64,000 nucleotides of DNA, taken from a virus. Of this stretch, positions 54,846-64,000 are shown piece after piece. Location: positions 1 to 64,000 of IMG/VR virus record IMGVR_UViG_3300036790_000060. The stretch is one strand, 5' to 3'. Both the position numbers and the translations under genes were made by a program. The notes beneath the pieces were generated by a model that worked only from the letters and a program-made list of their open reading frames with translations, searched no databases and was not told the DNA's origin. How positions within the stretch are numbered: the first letter of the stretch is position 1; every line of letters starts with the position of its first letter.

Positions 54846-57644
54846 GTGACGACGGTTTACAGGCTTCCGACCTTCGCCCCGGTAACAGCGGCGAAACTTC
54901 ACCCGCCGCTACTGAAGAGCGGACCGGTTGCTGCTGCTGGCGCGGCAACGATCGGTCCGCGTGGCGCGTTCAGTCCGAAGTTCGATGCCCGGTTCGCGGG
55001 CGGCGGCGGCGCGATCCAGGCGCACGCGACGGCATCGACCAGCACGAATAACGCGACGGTCGCGCCATCGATCGGCGCCCTGACGTCGCACGGCACGACT
55101 ACGCAGACCGATGGTGCGACCGGCCACCCGGTGATCGGCGCCCTGACCGCAGCCGGCACGACATCGGTCAGCAGCACGACGACCATATACCTCGTCGGTA
55201 ACGGCACATCGCTCTCGTTCACGCCAGCGGCGACGGCGACGGCGATCGTTCAATGTTGGGGTGCTGGCGGCGCCGGTAACGCACCGTCGGGCGGTTCCGG
55301 CGCTGGCGGTTACTGGTCGAAGCTCAATACCTTCAGCCTCGTAAGCGGCACGCCGGTCACGTTCACTTTGGGCGCACCCGGCACGACGTCGGGGCAGACC
55401 GGCGGCGACACCTGGTGGTCGTCGTCTTCCACGGTCATCGCGCCGGGCGGCGGGTCATCAACGACCGTCATCGGCAGCTCGTCGAACGCGGGCGGCGCCG
55501 GGCAGAGTAGCGGCGGTGCGACCGGCAACCCAGGCGGCGGCGGCGCGGGTGGCCCCGATGGCGTCGGCGGCGCGGGCGGCGCGGGTAGCAATACGTTCTA
55601 TACCGCAGCGTCCGGCGGCGGTTCCGATGGCGGCGGTGCTGGTGCGTCACCCGCCGGTGCGACGGCCGGTGCGATCGGTGGCAATAACTTCGCCGGGTCC
55701 GGCGGCGGCGTCGGCGGAACGTCCGGCAGCATCAATGGTGGGAACGCGACCGCTGCCGGTGCGGGTGGTGGTGGCGGCTACGGTGCGAACGGCGGGACCG
55801 AAGGTATCGGCGGCAACGGTTCGAACAACTTCGACCAGGGCGGTGGCGGCGGTGGCGGCGGTGGTTACTCCGGCGGCGCGTCGGCGGCGATCGGCGGCAC
55901 GGGTGGAACGCCTGGCGGTGGCGGCGGTTACGCAGACCCGGTGAATGGCGTCCCGTCCGCTGGGTGGGGCTTGATCAAGCTCACGTATCCCAGCGGTTCG
56001 ACCGTCACGCAGACATACTACTACGGGACGTATCCGGGTGCCGCGACCGGTGCCGCGACGATCGGCGCCCTGACCGCTGCCGGCACCGCGTCGTCCACGA
56101 CCAACATAGCGGTCGGCGCGGCGATCCTCGGTCCGCAAGGTCCGGCGAACTACCAGTTCGACTTCCAGTTCGAAGGTGGTGGCGGGGCGATCATCGCCGC
56201 CGGGACTGCCGTTCAGAACGTTGTGATCGCGACCGGTGCGCCGGTCATCGGTGCTCTCACTGCGCACGCTACGACCACGCAGACGAACGCGGCGCACGGC
56301 ACCCCGGCGATCGGCGCCCTGACCGCTTCGGGAACGACGATCGAAACGGACCACGCGACCGGTGCGCCGGTCATCGGTGCGTTGACCTCCGCCGGGACGG
56401 CTACGCAGACTGACATAGCCACGGCGGCTCCGGTCGTGGGCGCCTTGACGGCTACCGGAACCACGTCGCAGACGAACCACGCGACGGCCGCGCCGACGAT
56501 CGGTGCGTTGACGGCCTCAGGCACGACTACCCAGGCGGACGTCGCGACCGGTGCGACGACGATCGGCACGTTGACGGCTGCCGGCACGACGGCTCAGACG
56601 GATCACGCAACGGCCGCGCCGGTGATCGGTGCCCTGACCGCGCACGGCGTCGTCCCGCTGGTCGCGACCGGGACGCCTACGATCGGCGCCCTGACCGCTT
56701 TAGGTTCGACCGGGTCGCAGGTCGTCGCCACCGGAGCGCCCGTCATCGGCGCGATCACTTCCGCCGGGACTACGACGCAGGTCAACGACGTGACGGCGGC
56801 GCCCGCGATCGGCGCGCTGACGGCGTCGGGCACGACCGCGCAGACGGACCACGCGACCGGATCGCCAGCGATCGGCGCGCTTACGGCATCCGGCACGACG
56901 AGCACCCAGCTTACCGCGACCGGCGCGGCCGTCGTCGGCGCCCTGACCGCTGCCGGGACGTCCACCCAGACGGACCACGCGACCGGATCGCCAGCGATCG
57001 GCGCCGCGACGGCCGCCGGGATCGCGACGCAGACCGACTCCGCTACGGCCGCTCCGTCCATAAGCGCCATCACAGCCTCTGGGGCGGCTTCACAGACCGA
57101 TCACGCGACGGCGGCGCCGGTTATCGGCGCCCTGACCGCGAACGGCTCAGCGGGGCAGCAGAACGCCGCAACGGCCGCGCCGACGATCGGCGCCCTGACC
57201 GCGATCGGCCTAACCGGCGGAACGGCGATAGCGGCGGCCGTAATCGGCGCCCTGACGGCGTCTGGGACGGTCGCACAGACCGATCGCGCTACGGCGGCGC
57301 CGACTATCGGCGCCATGACCGCGAACGGCTCAGCGGGGCAGCAGGACGTCGCCACGGGGCACCCCGTCCTAGGGGCGATCTTCGCGGCGGCGGTCGCGTC
57401 GGCGAAGAACCCGGCCATGGCTGCGGCGTCGATCGGCGCCCTGACTGCGCTCGGCGTGGCGGCTGGCGCCGGGATCGCCGCGCAGGGTGCCGGCGTCATC
57501 GGTTCCGTGACGGCGAAGGCGCGGGCGATCCAGTTCATGGTGCCGCCGGAGAACCGGATCGCCGTGGCGCGCCAGTCTCGGACGCTATTGCAGAACGCGC
57601 CATCATCGACGGCGATAACGGCACCACCCAACCGGAGAATTTGA
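54846..57644 (+). CDS. Long fibre-like protein: Gly-rich domain plus ~21-aa tandem repeats
   Basis: GGAGG RBS; repeat unit approximately ATAAPTIGALTASGTTAQTDH. Confidence 0.8.
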   Translation: MTTVYRLPTFAPVTAAKLHPPLLKSGPVAAAGAATIGPRGAFSPKFDARFAGGGGAIQAHATASTSTNNATVAPSIGALTSHGTTTQTDGATGHPVIGALTAAGTTSVSSTTTIYLVGNGTSLSFTPAATATAIVQCWGAGGAGNAPSGGSGAGGYWSKLNTFSLVSGTPVTFTLGAPGTTSGQTGGDTWWSSSSTVIAPGGGSSTTVIGSSSNAGGAGQSSGGATGNPGGGGAGGPDGVGGAGGAGSNTFYTAASGGGSDGGGAGASPAGATAGAIGGNNFAGSGGGVGGTSGSINGGNATAAGAGGGGGYGANGGTEGIGGNGSNNFDQGGGGGGGGGYSGGASAAIGGTGGTPGGGGGYADPVNGVPSAGWGLIKLTYPSGSTVTQTYYYGTYPGAATGAATIGALTAAGTASSTTNIAVGAAILGPQGPANYQFDFQFEGGGGAIIAAGTAVQNVVIATGAPVIGALTAHATTTQTNAAHGTPAIGALTASGTTIETDHATGAPVIGALTSAGTATQTDIATAAPVVGALTATGTTSQTNHATAAPTIGALTASGTTTQADVATGATTIGTLTAAGTTAQTDHATAAPVIGALTAHGVVPLVATGTPTIGALTALGSTGSQVVATGAPVIGAITSAGTTTQVNDVTAAPAIGALTASGTTAQTDHATGSPAIGALTASGTTSTQLTATGAAVVGALTAAGTSTQTDHATGSPAIGAATAAGIATQTDSATAAPSISAITASGAASQTDHATAAPVIGALTANGSAGQQNAATAAPTIGALTAIGLTGGTAIAAAVIGALTASGTVAQTDRATAAPTIGAMTANGSAGQQDVATGHPVLGAIFAAAVASAKNPAMAAASIGALTALGVAAGAGIAAQGAGVIGSVTAKARAIQFMVPPENRIAVARQSRTLLQNAPSSTAITAPPNRRI
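56040..57510 (+). repeat. Imperfect ~63-bp coding tandem repeats
   Basis: Recurrent ATCGGCGCCCTGACC/G (IGALT), roughly twenty copies. Confidence 0.85.
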
Positions 57645-57647
57645 TCG

Positions 57648-58115
57648 ATGTTCGATGATTTTTGTCCTCCGTCGCCGCCCCCGCTATGGTGGCCAATCGC
57701 GCAGCCCACGGACTCGAAGCCGTATTCGCTTAGCACGTTCCAACAGCTGGAGCCGATTGCTGACGCGATCGTTCAGGTGGAACTGAGCATCAAGCCGTCC
57801 GGCATCGGTGAACTCCAGGCGTCCGATCTGACGACGTTCATCAACCCGAACTACCCGCTGCAGATGACGGCCTACGATATCGGCGTCAGGCTGACGGGCG
57901 GCGTCGCCGGGCGCGAGTACACGATCATGATCATCGTGACGACGTTCGCCGGCAACGAGTTCACTTACATAATCGGCCTACCCATCTCCAGGGTCCTGGC
58001 CTCGTTCCCCCTTCCGCCGTCCCCCAACCCTGGGTTTGGTCCGGTGCTCACGCTGCAAGGCGCGGCGGCTGCGGCGAGCATCGGATCGCTGACATCTGCG
58101 GGAGCGGCTACATGA
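57648..58115 (+). CDS. Hypothetical virion protein
   Basis: GGAG RBS; LTGGVAGREY.I motif. Confidence 0.6.
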   Translation: MFDDFCPPSPPPLWWPIAQPTDSKPYSLSTFQQLEPIADAIVQVELSIKPSGIGELQASDLTTFINPNYPLQMTAYDIGVRLTGGVAGREYTIMIIVTTFAGNEFTYIIGLPISRVLASFPLPPSPNPGFGPVLTLQGAAAAASIGSLTSAGAAT

Positions 58116-58507
58116 CATCAGATCAACTGACTAAGTTCAAGGAATACCTCCTGATCGTCGCGGCTATCCTTGGCATCTGCGCGTCCATGTGGTGGATGAT
58201 CAGCTGGTTTACCGGCGGTCTTAAGCCGGGCGACCAGGTCGTGACGGAGTCGCTTTCCGATAAGGTCACGGCGATCCAACTCAGCGTGTCGACGCTCAGC
58301 AACCAGATGTCGGCGATGCCGCGACCGACTGATTACCAGTCGCTCGAAAACCATCTCGAAAGCATCGACCGATCTATCGGCCTTCTAGGCGACCGGCTGA
58401 CCCAGGATGAGATATCCGCCGCCCGAACGTCGGCGACGATCGGGAATATCGGGAATGCCGTCAATAGTCTTCAGCAACCTGGCAGTCGCCAGCAGCAAGG
58501 ACGGTGA
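58112..58507 (+). CDS. Membrane protein with coiled coil (holin/lysis accessory candidate)
   Basis: One TM segment; directly upstream of the endolysin. Confidence 0.6.
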   Translation: MTSDQLTKFKEYLLIVAAILGICASMWWMISWFTGGLKPGDQVVTESLSDKVTAIQLSVSTLSNQMSAMPRPTDYQSLENHLESIDRSIGLLGDRLTQDEISAARTSATIGNIGNAVNSLQQPGSRQQQGR

Positions 58508-59151
58508 CGGGCTACTGGGTCGTTATCCTGATGCTCACGGTATTCCTAATTATAGGCCACGCATCGGCACATCGACGCGCAACGTCTACCCATCATCCGA
58601 GGTATCACAACATGACGATCGAACACCCAGCGATCAAAACGCCCATCACCCCCGAAGTAGACCTGATGGCGAGGACCCTGGACGGTGAGGCCGAGTCCGG
58701 CGGCGCCCTGGCGATGCGGGCGGTGGCCTGCGTCATCATGAACCGGGTCAACAACCCGCGCTGGTGGGGACGGGACATCACGAGCGTTATCCGGATGCCA
58801 TACCAGTTTTCGTGCTGGCTGCCCGGTATCGATTGCAAGAGGATCGAAGGTCTTGCCCAGGACGATCCCTGGTATCTGATCGCGGTCGGGATATCGCAGC
58901 AGGCCATCGATGGGCAGCTGATCGATATCACGAACGGGGCGGACTCCTACTACGCGAAGTCGATGACGAAGCCGCCACCGTGGGCGCACACGGCGCCGCT
59001 GACATATCAGGATGCGTGGCAGCGGTACTATCGAACCGAACTCCCGGCGCCGACTGCGAAAAATCAGCCGTGTGCGCCGGGAACACCGGTGACGACTGAC
59101 AAGCTGAACCAGATGGAGATCGATAAGATCGACAAGTCTTCCAAGCCCTAA
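58504..59151 (+). CDS. Endolysin, SleB-like cell wall hydrolase (Hydrolase_2), with possible signal peptide
   Basis: MARTLDGEA, AVACVIMNRV, YQFSCW and DITNGA..YY motifs; N-terminal WVVILMLTVFLIIGHASA. Confidence 0.9.
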   Translation: MTGYWVVILMLTVFLIIGHASAHRRATSTHHPRYHNMTIEHPAIKTPITPEVDLMARTLDGEAESGGALAMRAVACVIMNRVNNPRWWGRDITSVIRMPYQFSCWLPGIDCKRIEGLAQDDPWYLIAVGISQQAIDGQLIDITNGADSYYAKSMTKPPPWAHTAPLTYQDAWQRYYRTELPAPTAKNQPCAPGTPVTTDKLNQMEIDKIDKSSKP

Positions 59152-59156
59152 CGTGG

Positions 59157-59189
59157 AAACGGCGGTCTCTTTCATCGAGACCGCCGTTT
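59157..59189. terminator. Terminator hairpin between convergent genes (probably bidirectional)
   Basis: AAACGGCGGTCTC-TTTCATC-GAGACCGCCGTTT, perfect 13-bp stem. Confidence 0.85.
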
Positions 59190-59195
59190 ACGGGA

Positions 59196-59684
59196 TCAAG
59201 TGGTGATCTTCCCACGCTTACCAGTTGGCGGTGGCGTCCCGCTTTCCGTCATCGTTCGCCGGTAGTGCGCGACCGTCGATGGCGCGACGCGGTCCTTCCC
59301 GAATAGCTCCCGCGTCTTCTCGAGTATTTCCGTATCCGTCATCGTCCCACGCGTAAGGTATTCGCGTATCGTCGCGGCGATCGTCTTGTGGCCGTTCCGC
59401 GTCGTCACGCCGTTCCCGTTCCCGTTCGTCACGTGCGCCGTCGCTGGTGGCGTCGTTGCGGGTGGCGGCGTCACGATCGTCGTCCGCGTCGGCCGTGGCG
59501 TCACCTCTTGAAGAGGTATCGTCTCCGTGTCCTGGATAAACGCCTTGCCGATATCATCGATCATTTTCAGCAAGGCTACCGTGGCCTCCATTCGCGTCTT
59601 GAAAGTCGCGACGGTCGGGAGTCCAGCGTATTCCGCCAGCATGTTGTGTCGGCGGGTAAGCTCTTCTAGAGTCGGCGTATTCAT
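59196..59684 (-). CDS. Putative DNA-binding protein; paralogue of 13511-14122
   Basis: AAGGAG RBS before ATG 59684; C-terminal HTH-like TDTEILE...APSTVAHYR. Confidence 0.7.
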   Translation of the reverse strand: MNTPTLEELTRRHNMLAEYAGLPTVATFKTRMEATVALLKMIDDIGKAFIQDTETIPLQEVTPRPTRTTIVTPPPATTPPATAHVTNGNGNGVTTRNGHKTIAATIREYLTRGTMTDTEILEKTRELFGKDRVAPSTVAHYRRTMTESGTPPPTGKRGKITT

Positions 59685-59747
59685 CTTTCTACTCCTTCGT
59701 TTTTGTATACGGATCGGCCATCCCGTCCGCGATTTGATATATACGGC

Positions 59748-59767
59748 ATTCCAACCGAAATTGGAAT
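59748..59767. promoter_or_regulatory. Palindrome, candidate operator
   Basis: ATTCCAA-CCGAAA-TTGGAAT in a divergent AT-rich intergenic region. Confidence 0.45.
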
Positions 59768-59894
59768 ACCCTCTGAGTAACACTATAGCGAACGCTGCGA
59801 AGTATTTCACACCCTAGATATCGGTAGTAAACGTGTCCCTAAGTGGACGCGTGCTTGGCGCTACGTTAAAGGTCGTAATCCATAGGAGGTATAA

Positions 59895-60197
59895 ATGAAC
59901 TCGAGTTCGCCTGTCGCTACCGGTGCCGCTGCCCTATCGGGCGGTTCCATCGGCGAGGTTATCAGCTGGCTATGCACGGCGGTCCACATCCCCGCCCCGC
60001 CGGAGAACGTCGCGATGGCGCTAGGCGCCGTGATCCTGGCGATCGGTCACGCGCTTTACGTCAAATATCTAGCGGCGTCGGAACCCGTCGCCGCCGTGTC
60101 GGAACCGGAAAAGGCGTCGGCGCCGACGCCGTCGTTTGCCGAAGCCCGGCACCAAGCTGCCGTCGCGGAACTCGCCGCTGTTCATACGGCGCCGTGA
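59895..60197 (+). CDS. Holin-like membrane protein
   Basis: AGGAGG RBS; two hydrophobic segments separated by IPAPPE. Confidence 0.6.
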   Translation: MNSSSPVATGAAALSGGSIGEVISWLCTAVHIPAPPENVAMALGAVILAIGHALYVKYLAASEPVAAVSEPEKASAPTPSFAEARHQAAVAELAAVHTAP

Positions 60198-60736
60198 CGC
60201 ATCGCTGCCCCCGGCGGTCGGAGAACCCGATCGCCGACGACCTGTTCCCCGATCCCGACGACTGGCGGACGGGGCGACACGGTATCCGGACCTGCTCATA
60301 CTGCGGCAGCCTGTCACCGGAAACCTTCTTCGCATATGCCGAAGCGGGCTGCATGGTCGATCCGACCGATAAGAACTATAAGGTCTACATCCACCCGCCG
60401 AACCCGGACGTGGGGAAGATCGTCGAGTACGGTTCGGATAGCGGTGCCGCGTTCGACCGTCACGGCAATCCACGACGCCACGATCTGACCGACGAAGAGA
60501 AAGCCACCGGACGATACAACCGCACGCTCGTGGGTCCGGCATCGGCGACGCTTCACGAGAAGTTCTACTTCCAGCACTTTTCGGAAGACGATCGGCAACG
60601 GTTCATCCAGATGGCGAACGCGAAGAAGTTCAACCTGGCCTTCCCTGGCCGCTTCTACGTGACGCCGTACTTCTGCACGGTCGTGCAGGTACCACCTGTC
60701 GTCCCCGATCAGACGCCTGAATCACGCGCAACCTAG
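60194..60736 (+). CDS. Hypothetical protein
   Basis: GTG start coupled to the upstream stop; CSYCGSL, PTDKNYKVY and KFYFQH motifs. Confidence 0.65.
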   Translation: MTHRCPRRSENPIADDLFPDPDDWRTGRHGIRTCSYCGSLSPETFFAYAEAGCMVDPTDKNYKVYIHPPNPDVGKIVEYGSDSGAAFDRHGNPRRHDLTDEEKATGRYNRTLVGPASATLHEKFYFQHFSEDDRQRFIQMANAKKFNLAFPGRFYVTPYFCTVVQVPPVVPDQTPESRAT

Positions 60737-60743
60737 CTAGGAA

Positions 60744-61337
60744 ATGAAAATGAACGATCTTCTCGTCTCGCGCCGCAACGCCTTGAAAGTGGCGATCGGC
60801 GCCGCGACCGCGCTCAGCGCCATGTCCGCGATCCTGTCCGCCTGTTCCGGCTCCGCCGCCGTTATCAGCGCCCAGGCTCTGGCCGACGCGCAGGGCCTTA
60901 TCGGCGTCGCCCAGGCGATCGTCGCGGCGATCCTCCAGAACGATCCGATGGCACTGACCACCGACATTCAGGCGAAGATCACCGCAGCCGAGAACGCGGC
61001 CACGGCGGCGATCAAGAGCCTGTCGACGTCCACGGCGGCGATCCCCGGCGCGACGACGCTCCAGGCGGTGGATGCCGATCTGAATACGATCCTGGCGGCG
61101 GTCGGCGCGGCGCTGCCTGCGGCCGCGATCGCGTTCCCGGTCATCGCCCCGTTCGTGCCGGAATACGACGCGGCCGTGGCGCTGCTCCCCGCGATCGAGA
61201 CCTGGGTCAACGGCGTCCTCGCGTCGGCGACCGTCACCGCCCCGCCGGCAGCCGCGATGATGCCGATGGCGGCGATCCATACGGCTTACACCGTGGCGCA
61301 GGCGCGGGCGCTGCTGAGTATCCCGGTGGTGAAGTGA
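60744..61337 (+). CDS. Tat-signal lipoprotein, Ala-rich helical
   Basis: SRRNALK twin-arginine motif followed by lipobox LSA-C. Confidence 0.7.
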   Translation: MKMNDLLVSRRNALKVAIGAATALSAMSAILSACSGSAAVISAQALADAQGLIGVAQAIVAAILQNDPMALTTDIQAKITAAENAATAAIKSLSTSTAAIPGATTLQAVDADLNTILAAVGAALPAAAIAFPVIAPFVPEYDAAVALLPAIETWVNGVLASATVTAPPAAAMMPMAAIHTAYTVAQARALLSIPVVK

Positions 61338-61450
61338 GACCGCTGGCGTTCGTTCTGCTGGTGCTGGTCGCGATCGGAACGGCGGCGTGCGTCGTCCCGG
61401 TCGGCGTCGGCGGTCCGCACTGGCACGACTCGCATTGGCGTGGCCGGTGA
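61334..61450 (+). CDS. Small lipoprotein (38 aa, not in ORF track)
   Basis: MRPLAFVLLVLVAIGTAA-CVVPVGVGGPHWHDSHWRGR; GTGA coupling on both sides. Confidence 0.55.
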   Translation: MRPLAFVLLVLVAIGTAACVVPVGVGGPHWHDSHWRGR

Positions 61451-61914
61451 GGCTTCCGGTCCTCGCGTTCCTGACGACTCTGGGCGGCTGCACGGTCGCC
61501 CAGACCGTCACCGTCCATATGGCGCGGACGGCGATCGTCGGGATGAACGTGGTCGATCTTCAGGGATGCGCCGGTCGGCCGGACTCCGTGACGGTACTGG
61601 ACCAGGACGAACTCCTCGTCCAATACGACAGCAAGACGTCCGGGAACGCTGCCAGTTCGGCGTACACGATCGCGCTACCGTTCGGCGCGACGATCAAGCT
61701 AGGGGCCCAGACGGGCGAATGCCACGCCCACTTCCGCGTGTTCCGCGACGGGACGGTGGCGGCTGTCAGTTTTTCGGGTCCGATCCTCGCCGACGCAGCG
61801 GCGGTCTGTTCCGGCCTGGTGTCCGAGTGCCTGATGCACCCGGACCAGACCGAACTACCTAAAGGCTTCGACGCCTTCGTGGTGATGGCGCCGCTGATGT
61901 CGAAGGCTAAGTAG
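61447..61914 (+). CDS. Lipoprotein (SmpA/OmlA-like small domain possible)
   Basis: MRLPVLAFLTTLGG-C lipobox; VGM...L..CAG.PD motif. Confidence 0.65.
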   Translation: MRLPVLAFLTTLGGCTVAQTVTVHMARTAIVGMNVVDLQGCAGRPDSVTVLDQDELLVQYDSKTSGNAASSAYTIALPFGATIKLGAQTGECHAHFRVFRDGTVAAVSFSGPILADAAAVCSGLVSECLMHPDQTELPKGFDAFVVMAPLMSKAK

Positions 61915-62128
61915 GCGGAAGAGCCTGCTTGTTGTCAATCCAGACGTGCCGCCAGAAGTCGATCTGGACATTCAGCGCGGCGGCGTATCCCGCCTTGAAC
62001 CCCTGGTCTCTTTGCGTGCGCTGCTTGCGCGAGCATTCTTTCGCGGCTTGCGCGTAATCACTCTCCAGCACTTCCAGCATTTCGTCACGCATTTCGGATG
62101 CGGTAACGCTGTCTGATATTACGGCCAT
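61907..62128 (-). CDS. Hypothetical protein
   Basis: AAGGAG RBS. Confidence 0.6.
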   Translation of the reverse strand: MAVISDSVTASEMRDEMLEVLESDYAQAAKECSRKQRTQRDQGFKAGYAAALNVQIDFWRHVWIDNKQALPPT

Positions 62129-62153
62129 CGGTATTCTCCTTGTTGATACAGTA

Positions 62154-62402
62154 TCAGATTAAGTCCCAATCGTCGGTCGTGCATTCCGCTTCGTCGGGGC
62201 GGAACACCTGCAGGCAGTTGTCCCACGCGTCGAGCTCCGGGAAATACTCGTCCAGCCGGACCTCGAACAGGTGCCCCATGCCGTGGTCGGCGCCAGGGTC
62301 CGGATCAGCCCAGACTACGGTGCCCGTGGCGCCGGTCAGGAAGGAGCCGAGTTGGAATATGTCGACGTCGCCCGTCAGGCGAACGCGATCGTTGAGCTTC
62401 AT
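62154..62402 (-). CDS. Hypothetical SH3-like small protein
   Basis: GGAGG RBS; DRVRL...GATGTVV...VRLD. Confidence 0.6.
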   Translation of the reverse strand: MKLNDRVRLTGDVDIFQLGSFLTGATGTVVWADPDPGADHGMGHLFEVRLDEYFPELDAWDNCLQVFRPDEAECTTDDWDLI

Positions 62403-62698
62403 GTCAGCCTCCCATCGCTGGACGATATGACATTCGCCTTCTGCAGGGTCACGCGGATCGTCTGGCTCTTATCATCCTTCAGGACATTCGGGTCCTGCCA
62501 GCCGAACTTCGCAGTCAGGCGCCGGAAGGCGTTTGCGGTCGTTACCGCGTCGAACCCGGTCACCTTCGGGACGAAGAACGTCACGACGACGTAATCGGAG
62601 TAGGTGCTAGATACATCGACGCAGCGGCTCGTCAGGTTCAGGTCGGCGGTCACTCCGGCGATGGTCAGGTTCAGATCGGCTCGGGTCATGCGGGTCAT
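62399..62698 (-). CDS. Hypothetical protein
   Basis: GGAG RBS; ATGA coupling. Confidence 0.55.
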   Translation of the reverse strand: MTRMTRADLNLTIAGVTADLNLTSRCVDVSSTYSDYVVVTFFVPKVTGFDAVTTANAFRRLTAKFGWQDPNVLKDDKSQTIRVTLQKANVISSSDGRLT

Positions 62699-62709
62699 CG
62701 GTCGTCTCC

Positions 62710-62886
62710 CTAGTTCGCGCCGACTGCGCGGCAATACTCGGCGGGGCTGATCTGCCAGATGCCGCTGTCGCGGTTCTCGAAGAACCAGCGACGTTCGCCG
62801 ATCGGGGCGGTGATGCAGATAACGTAGCCAACCGGCAGATCGATCAAAAGTTCTTCTGCGGACTCGTAAGCTGCTTGGGTGTTCAT
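62710..62886 (-). CDS. Hypothetical protein
   Basis: AAGGAG RBS; promoter-like TGTACG-17 bp-TAGGTT upstream. Confidence 0.55.
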   Translation of the reverse strand: MNTQAAYESAEELLIDLPVGYVICITAPIGERRWFFENRDSGIWQISPAEYCRAVGAN

Positions 62887-62971
62887 TGACGTTCTCCTTG
62901 TCGGTAGAGCTAACCTACCGCAGTTCAACGACCACGTACAGGACTATCTCACTAAAAGGTTGGAAAAAATT

Positions 62972-63652
62972 ATGAACCGTTCCCTCGGCCGTATGCCACA
63001 CGATCCCGTCCGGATCGCCGCCGAACGTCCCCACGTGATGTCGGCGACCGCCCCCGCGCCGCTCGTCCTGTCGCGCCCGGCGGTCCTCGCCCAGCCGTCG
63101 CTGGTCTTCAACGACAGCCTTCCGACGTGCACCGTCGCCGGGCTGATCAACTGCGCGCGGGCCTGGGCGCAGCTGCACGGGTTTGATCTGACATACACCG
63201 ACGACGCCTGCCTCGCCTTCTTCGCGAAGGTCGCGGGTTGCGACAACACGATTGAGGCCATCGCGAAGGTTCCCGGTCTCGTCATGCAGGACGTCCTGGA
63301 CTACGGCCGCGTCAACGGCTTCGACTGCGGCGGTCCGGTCATCCTGGAATACGACTACCAGGTGGTCGATCCGCACGACGAAGCGGCGATCCGCGACGTG
63401 ATCTCGTTGGACGGCGGTGCCTACGTCGGCATCGACGTGTACGCGCGTGATATGGCCGATCCGGATAACTGGAACACGACGGTATCGACGGCGGGGGAAC
63501 TGGTCGGGGGGCATTGCCTCGTCCCGAAGGATTACACCACGCTCAACTACGACGCGGTGACGTGGGGAGAAGACCTCCAGATGACGAACGTCTGGCTGGA
63601 CGAACGCATACAGGAGGTCTTCCGCATCGAGTGGTTGTTCCCGATCGCCTAG
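62972..63652 (+). CDS. Papain-like cysteine peptidase
   Basis: NDSLPTCTVAG (Cys), GGHCLV (His) and VTWG motifs; N-terminal LGRMP. Confidence 0.65.
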   Translation: MNRSLGRMPHDPVRIAAERPHVMSATAPAPLVLSRPAVLAQPSLVFNDSLPTCTVAGLINCARAWAQLHGFDLTYTDDACLAFFAKVAGCDNTIEAIAKVPGLVMQDVLDYGRVNGFDCGGPVILEYDYQVVDPHDEAAIRDVISLDGGAYVGIDVYARDMADPDNWNTTVSTAGELVGGHCLVPKDYTTLNYDAVTWGEDLQMTNVWLDERIQEVFRIEWLFPIA

Positions 63653-63942
63653 GCGACGAAGGTAAACCCGTAGGCTTCGACGGCGTTCATCCACGTTTGG
63701 GCATCGGACTGCTCATCGCGGACGAACGCTTCGTGCTCGTGATCGTAATAGGCTTCGAGCCATCCCATGAACTGCCGGCGCGTCCCGCGTAGTCTGATCG
63801 TCGGGACGCCGCCGGGTCCGCACGTAACCCAGTGGATGAGGACGAGCTTCTGCTCGAAGATCGCTTCGAGTAGTTCGATCAGTTCGCCCGTCCCGTAAGC
63901 GACGACGTCGAACTCACCGTCATAGATCGGTTGGTAACCCAT
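63649..63942 (-). CDS. Hypothetical protein
   Basis: GPGGVPTIRLRG motif; AAGG RBS. Confidence 0.55.
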   Translation of the reverse strand: MGYQPIYDGEFDVVAYGTGELIELLEAIFEQKLVLIHWVTCGPGGVPTIRLRGTRRQFMGWLEAYYDHEHEAFVRDEQSDAQTWMNAVEAYGFTFVA

Positions 63943-64000
63943 CGTTCTAGCCTTCCGTTTTCCCGGTTCGCCCCATACGGCCTCCGGTTCGATCCTTATA

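Noticed and set aside
47575-57644. Diversity-generating retroelement or invertible fibre cassette
   Set aside because: No reverse transcriptase, invertase or adenine-variant template/variable repeat pair seen; the repeats are coding tandem repeats.
1-64000. Genome-wide stop-codon reassignment implied by the suppressor-like tRNA
   Set aside because: Core genes translate full length with the standard code and use TGA, TAA and TAG as stops, so any recoding must be local.

Overview
The whole window is one high-GC tailed-phage (myovirus-type) genome segment with two divergent arms. The left arm (- strand, 1-17832) carries DNA-metabolism genes: VRR-NUC, DEDD exonuclease, ThyX, DUF3310, PD-(D/E)XK nuclease, family A DNA polymerase, two ParB-like proteins, a J-domain protein, a primase-VirE/VapE helicase fusion and an RHH regulator. 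A GTCGAC-repeat region (17930-18265) separates the arms. The right arm (+ strand, 18559-59151) carries a NusG paralogue, terminase, portal, an R-S-E ADP-ribosyltransferase, MuF, NUDIX-DUF2213, capsid, contractile tail, baseplate, fibre-like proteins and lysis genes; accessory genes follow. The standout is a ~530-bp cassette in the head module (26950-27476). It has a non-canonical tRNA with an 8-nt anticodon loop (4-base anticodon TTCA), then a leader ORF whose stop reads TGAA. Reading TGAA as one codon enters a frame encoding an RGPP arrest-type motif, just upstream of a hairpin that hides the ribosome-binding site of the next gene. This is a candidate natural quadruplet-decoding regulatory switch. 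All family assignments are by visual motif recognition and gene order; no searches were run.
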